Shown one piece after another: positions 62,105-64,000 of a stretch of DNA of 64,000 nucleotides. The DNA lies in NCBI GenBank assembly GCA_015680685.1, contig MNCI01000967.1:124001-188000 (forward strand), written 5' to 3'. A program made the position numbers and the translations under genes. The stretch is from Gnetum montanum (lineage: Eukaryota > Plantae > Gnetophyta). Under the pieces are notes generated by a model. It was not told where the DNA came from. It did not search any database and saw nothing but the letters and a program-made list of their open reading frames with translations. Within the stretch, counting starts at the first letter, position 1, and the number at the start of each line of letters is the position of its first letter.

Positions 62105-64000
62105 CACTTGGGCAAATGTTTCCTAGTCTATGAGAGATCAGGAAATGTGTATGGCCTATTTTGCACAAGCTTGTACTCTCCATCCCCTTCACTAATGATG
62201 TTAAAGGGGAGCTCTTCCCATAGTGTGTCTCCTAGAGCATCGTTGCTATTTTCAGCCTTCTCCACTCCCTTGTGTTGCTTAAATTTGTTGCTAGGATTTT
62301 CTTCTTGAAGCTTCACTTTAGATCCCTATTCTATATCTATGTTGTTAATTGTGAAGGAAATCATGTTATCACCTTGGATGATAATTTCACCTCCCTCATA
62401 AGGTAGGTGAATTTGTTGGTGAATAGAGGAAGATACCATTCATAGTTGAGCCAACCAAGGCCTTCCTAGGATGAGATTAAATCTTGGTGTTTTCTCTACC
62501 ACCAAGAAATTAGTAGTTGTAGGGAATTGCTCCTCTGCCATAAAGTATAAGGAGATAGACCTCTTAATAGCAATCTGTAATTTGTTAAAGGATTTGTAAG
62601 TTGATGTTAACATAGGGTATATGGGATAACATTCATTACGGCCCCATCATCTACGTGCACTTGATGCACTTTGTACTATCCTACATATATTGTAATGAAA
62701 GAGGAGACTTGGTCAGATCATCATTTATGGACTAGTTTTGATTTCGCTATTGTGAAACACTAGCAATGTTAGCTTTGTCTCCCTAGGTGAGGAAGCCACC
62801 ATCAAAACGTGGATGGATTATTTGTTACCAGGAATGTTCTTACTAACAGGGATGAGGTCAAAATCTTGACTAGTGCTTCACGATGTGTAGTAGAAGTCAT
62901 GACTAGGTCATACAAGCTTAAGGTTGTATTCTTTTGTTTTAGAGATTGCTTGACCTATTCCATCATACTTAGGAAGTTTTTGTCATTGGACATTAGCTTG
63001 TCACCATGGTTGTGCTTAACTTCCTTCATGTGTTCCAAAATGAACATTTCATGTTTTGGTTATTATTTTTGTCACTTCTCCTCTTTCCTTTTTCCTTGGG
63101 TTTTGGGGTCCTTCCATGGTTTGCTTGTTGAAGTAGCCTAGGTTGAAGAGGTAATGGGTACAAATGATATGGGAGTGGGCTTCAATGGGCCCACTTCCTT
63201 CCATGCCTTGGCATGCTTATCATTTTTGTTATTATGCTTTTGCTTATGCTTCTTCCTTTACTTAGTTGAGGCCTTTTGCTTGTCATCGATTGTTTGAAAG
63301 GAAGAGTTTGTTGCATTAACTACCATGGGAGGTCATTGTTCCATTGTGTAGGTGGAATTGGTGGTGACATGATGGGGCACTCTAATAACAAAAGGATCCT
63401 TGGGGGGCATTGGTGATGGCACCCTTACAGCAAAGTGGGGGCCTTGAGCTAGTGGATGCTAAAGGAACCCTTTTGTTGGGAGGAGGTACTTTAATCACAA
63501 ATGGTTCCCTCATAGGCCTTGGATCATGGTTAATGTTGAACATCGCTATGATGTATGGGTTATTGTTGGTGTTCAATAAGTATTTGTAAACATGAATTAA
63601 CTAATTCTAGGGTTGAACTAGATTAGAAGCATCAAGAACCAGCTTGCCCCTATCTATAATCTTTTACAAGTCATCCTTCAACGCAAGGAAAAAATTGGTA
63701 TCATGACAAGGTAATTGATGATAGTGGAAAAAGTGAGAGAGCTTGAAATACTTAGGTACTTGGGGATCATTTTTTGTTGCTTGAGTGGGATCTTTGGCTA
63801 TCTCACATAGCCTCTCATGCCTCTTATAGGCATTTTCAATCATCTATTTGTATTGGATTCTCCCACTCTTCAACAATTGATCTAAAAGTTTAGATTGTTT
63901 CAATGGTTGCCTACTATATATTGTTCAATATTTTTGCTCAAATTTGGATTTACAGCTAGTCAATGTGATGGTTTTAGATGTCAAGGGTTGGTTGTTATGA
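62105..64000 (-). pseudogene. Tat/Ogre gag-protease region (runs off the right edge)
   Basis: VDDGA protease site (about 62640-62655) and FNLILGRPWL...IHQQIHLPYEGGEIIIQG. Confidence 0.8.

Overview
AT-rich plant nuclear DNA; the species cannot be determined from the sequence. One intact host gene sits between two clusters of nested, CG/CHG-deaminated retroelements. It is an 8-coding-exon EMSY-like (ENT-domain) gene (22492-35348, +, about 358 aa) that appears to lack the usual Agenet/Tudor domain. Left (1-20.7 kb): several copies of a pol-less Athila-like Ty3/Gypsy family with TGATGAG...CTCATCA LTRs, a tRNA-Asp PBS, gag and a separately promoted accessory ORF2. A Helitron helicase remnant and a 428-bp fold-back follow. 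The gene's introns contain Copia and RTE debris. Right: a decayed, near genome-length endogenous caulimovirid (MP-CP-AP-RT-RH plus ORF2; about 36.5-43.6 kb, -). Beyond it are nested Tat/Ogre-type Gypsy elements, one with a 3-kb LTR-like block of 15 palindrome units spaced about 190 bp apart and an antisense multi-exon PMD-like gene. The most unusual signal is in the Athila-like LTRs and the region where pol should be. Both are built from discrete modules whose primary sequence diverges between subfamilies while base-pairing is kept by compensatory changes, including a pseudoknot. This suggests an undescribed structured-RNA system in a non-autonomous retroelement. All pairings were read by eye; no folding or database searches were run.
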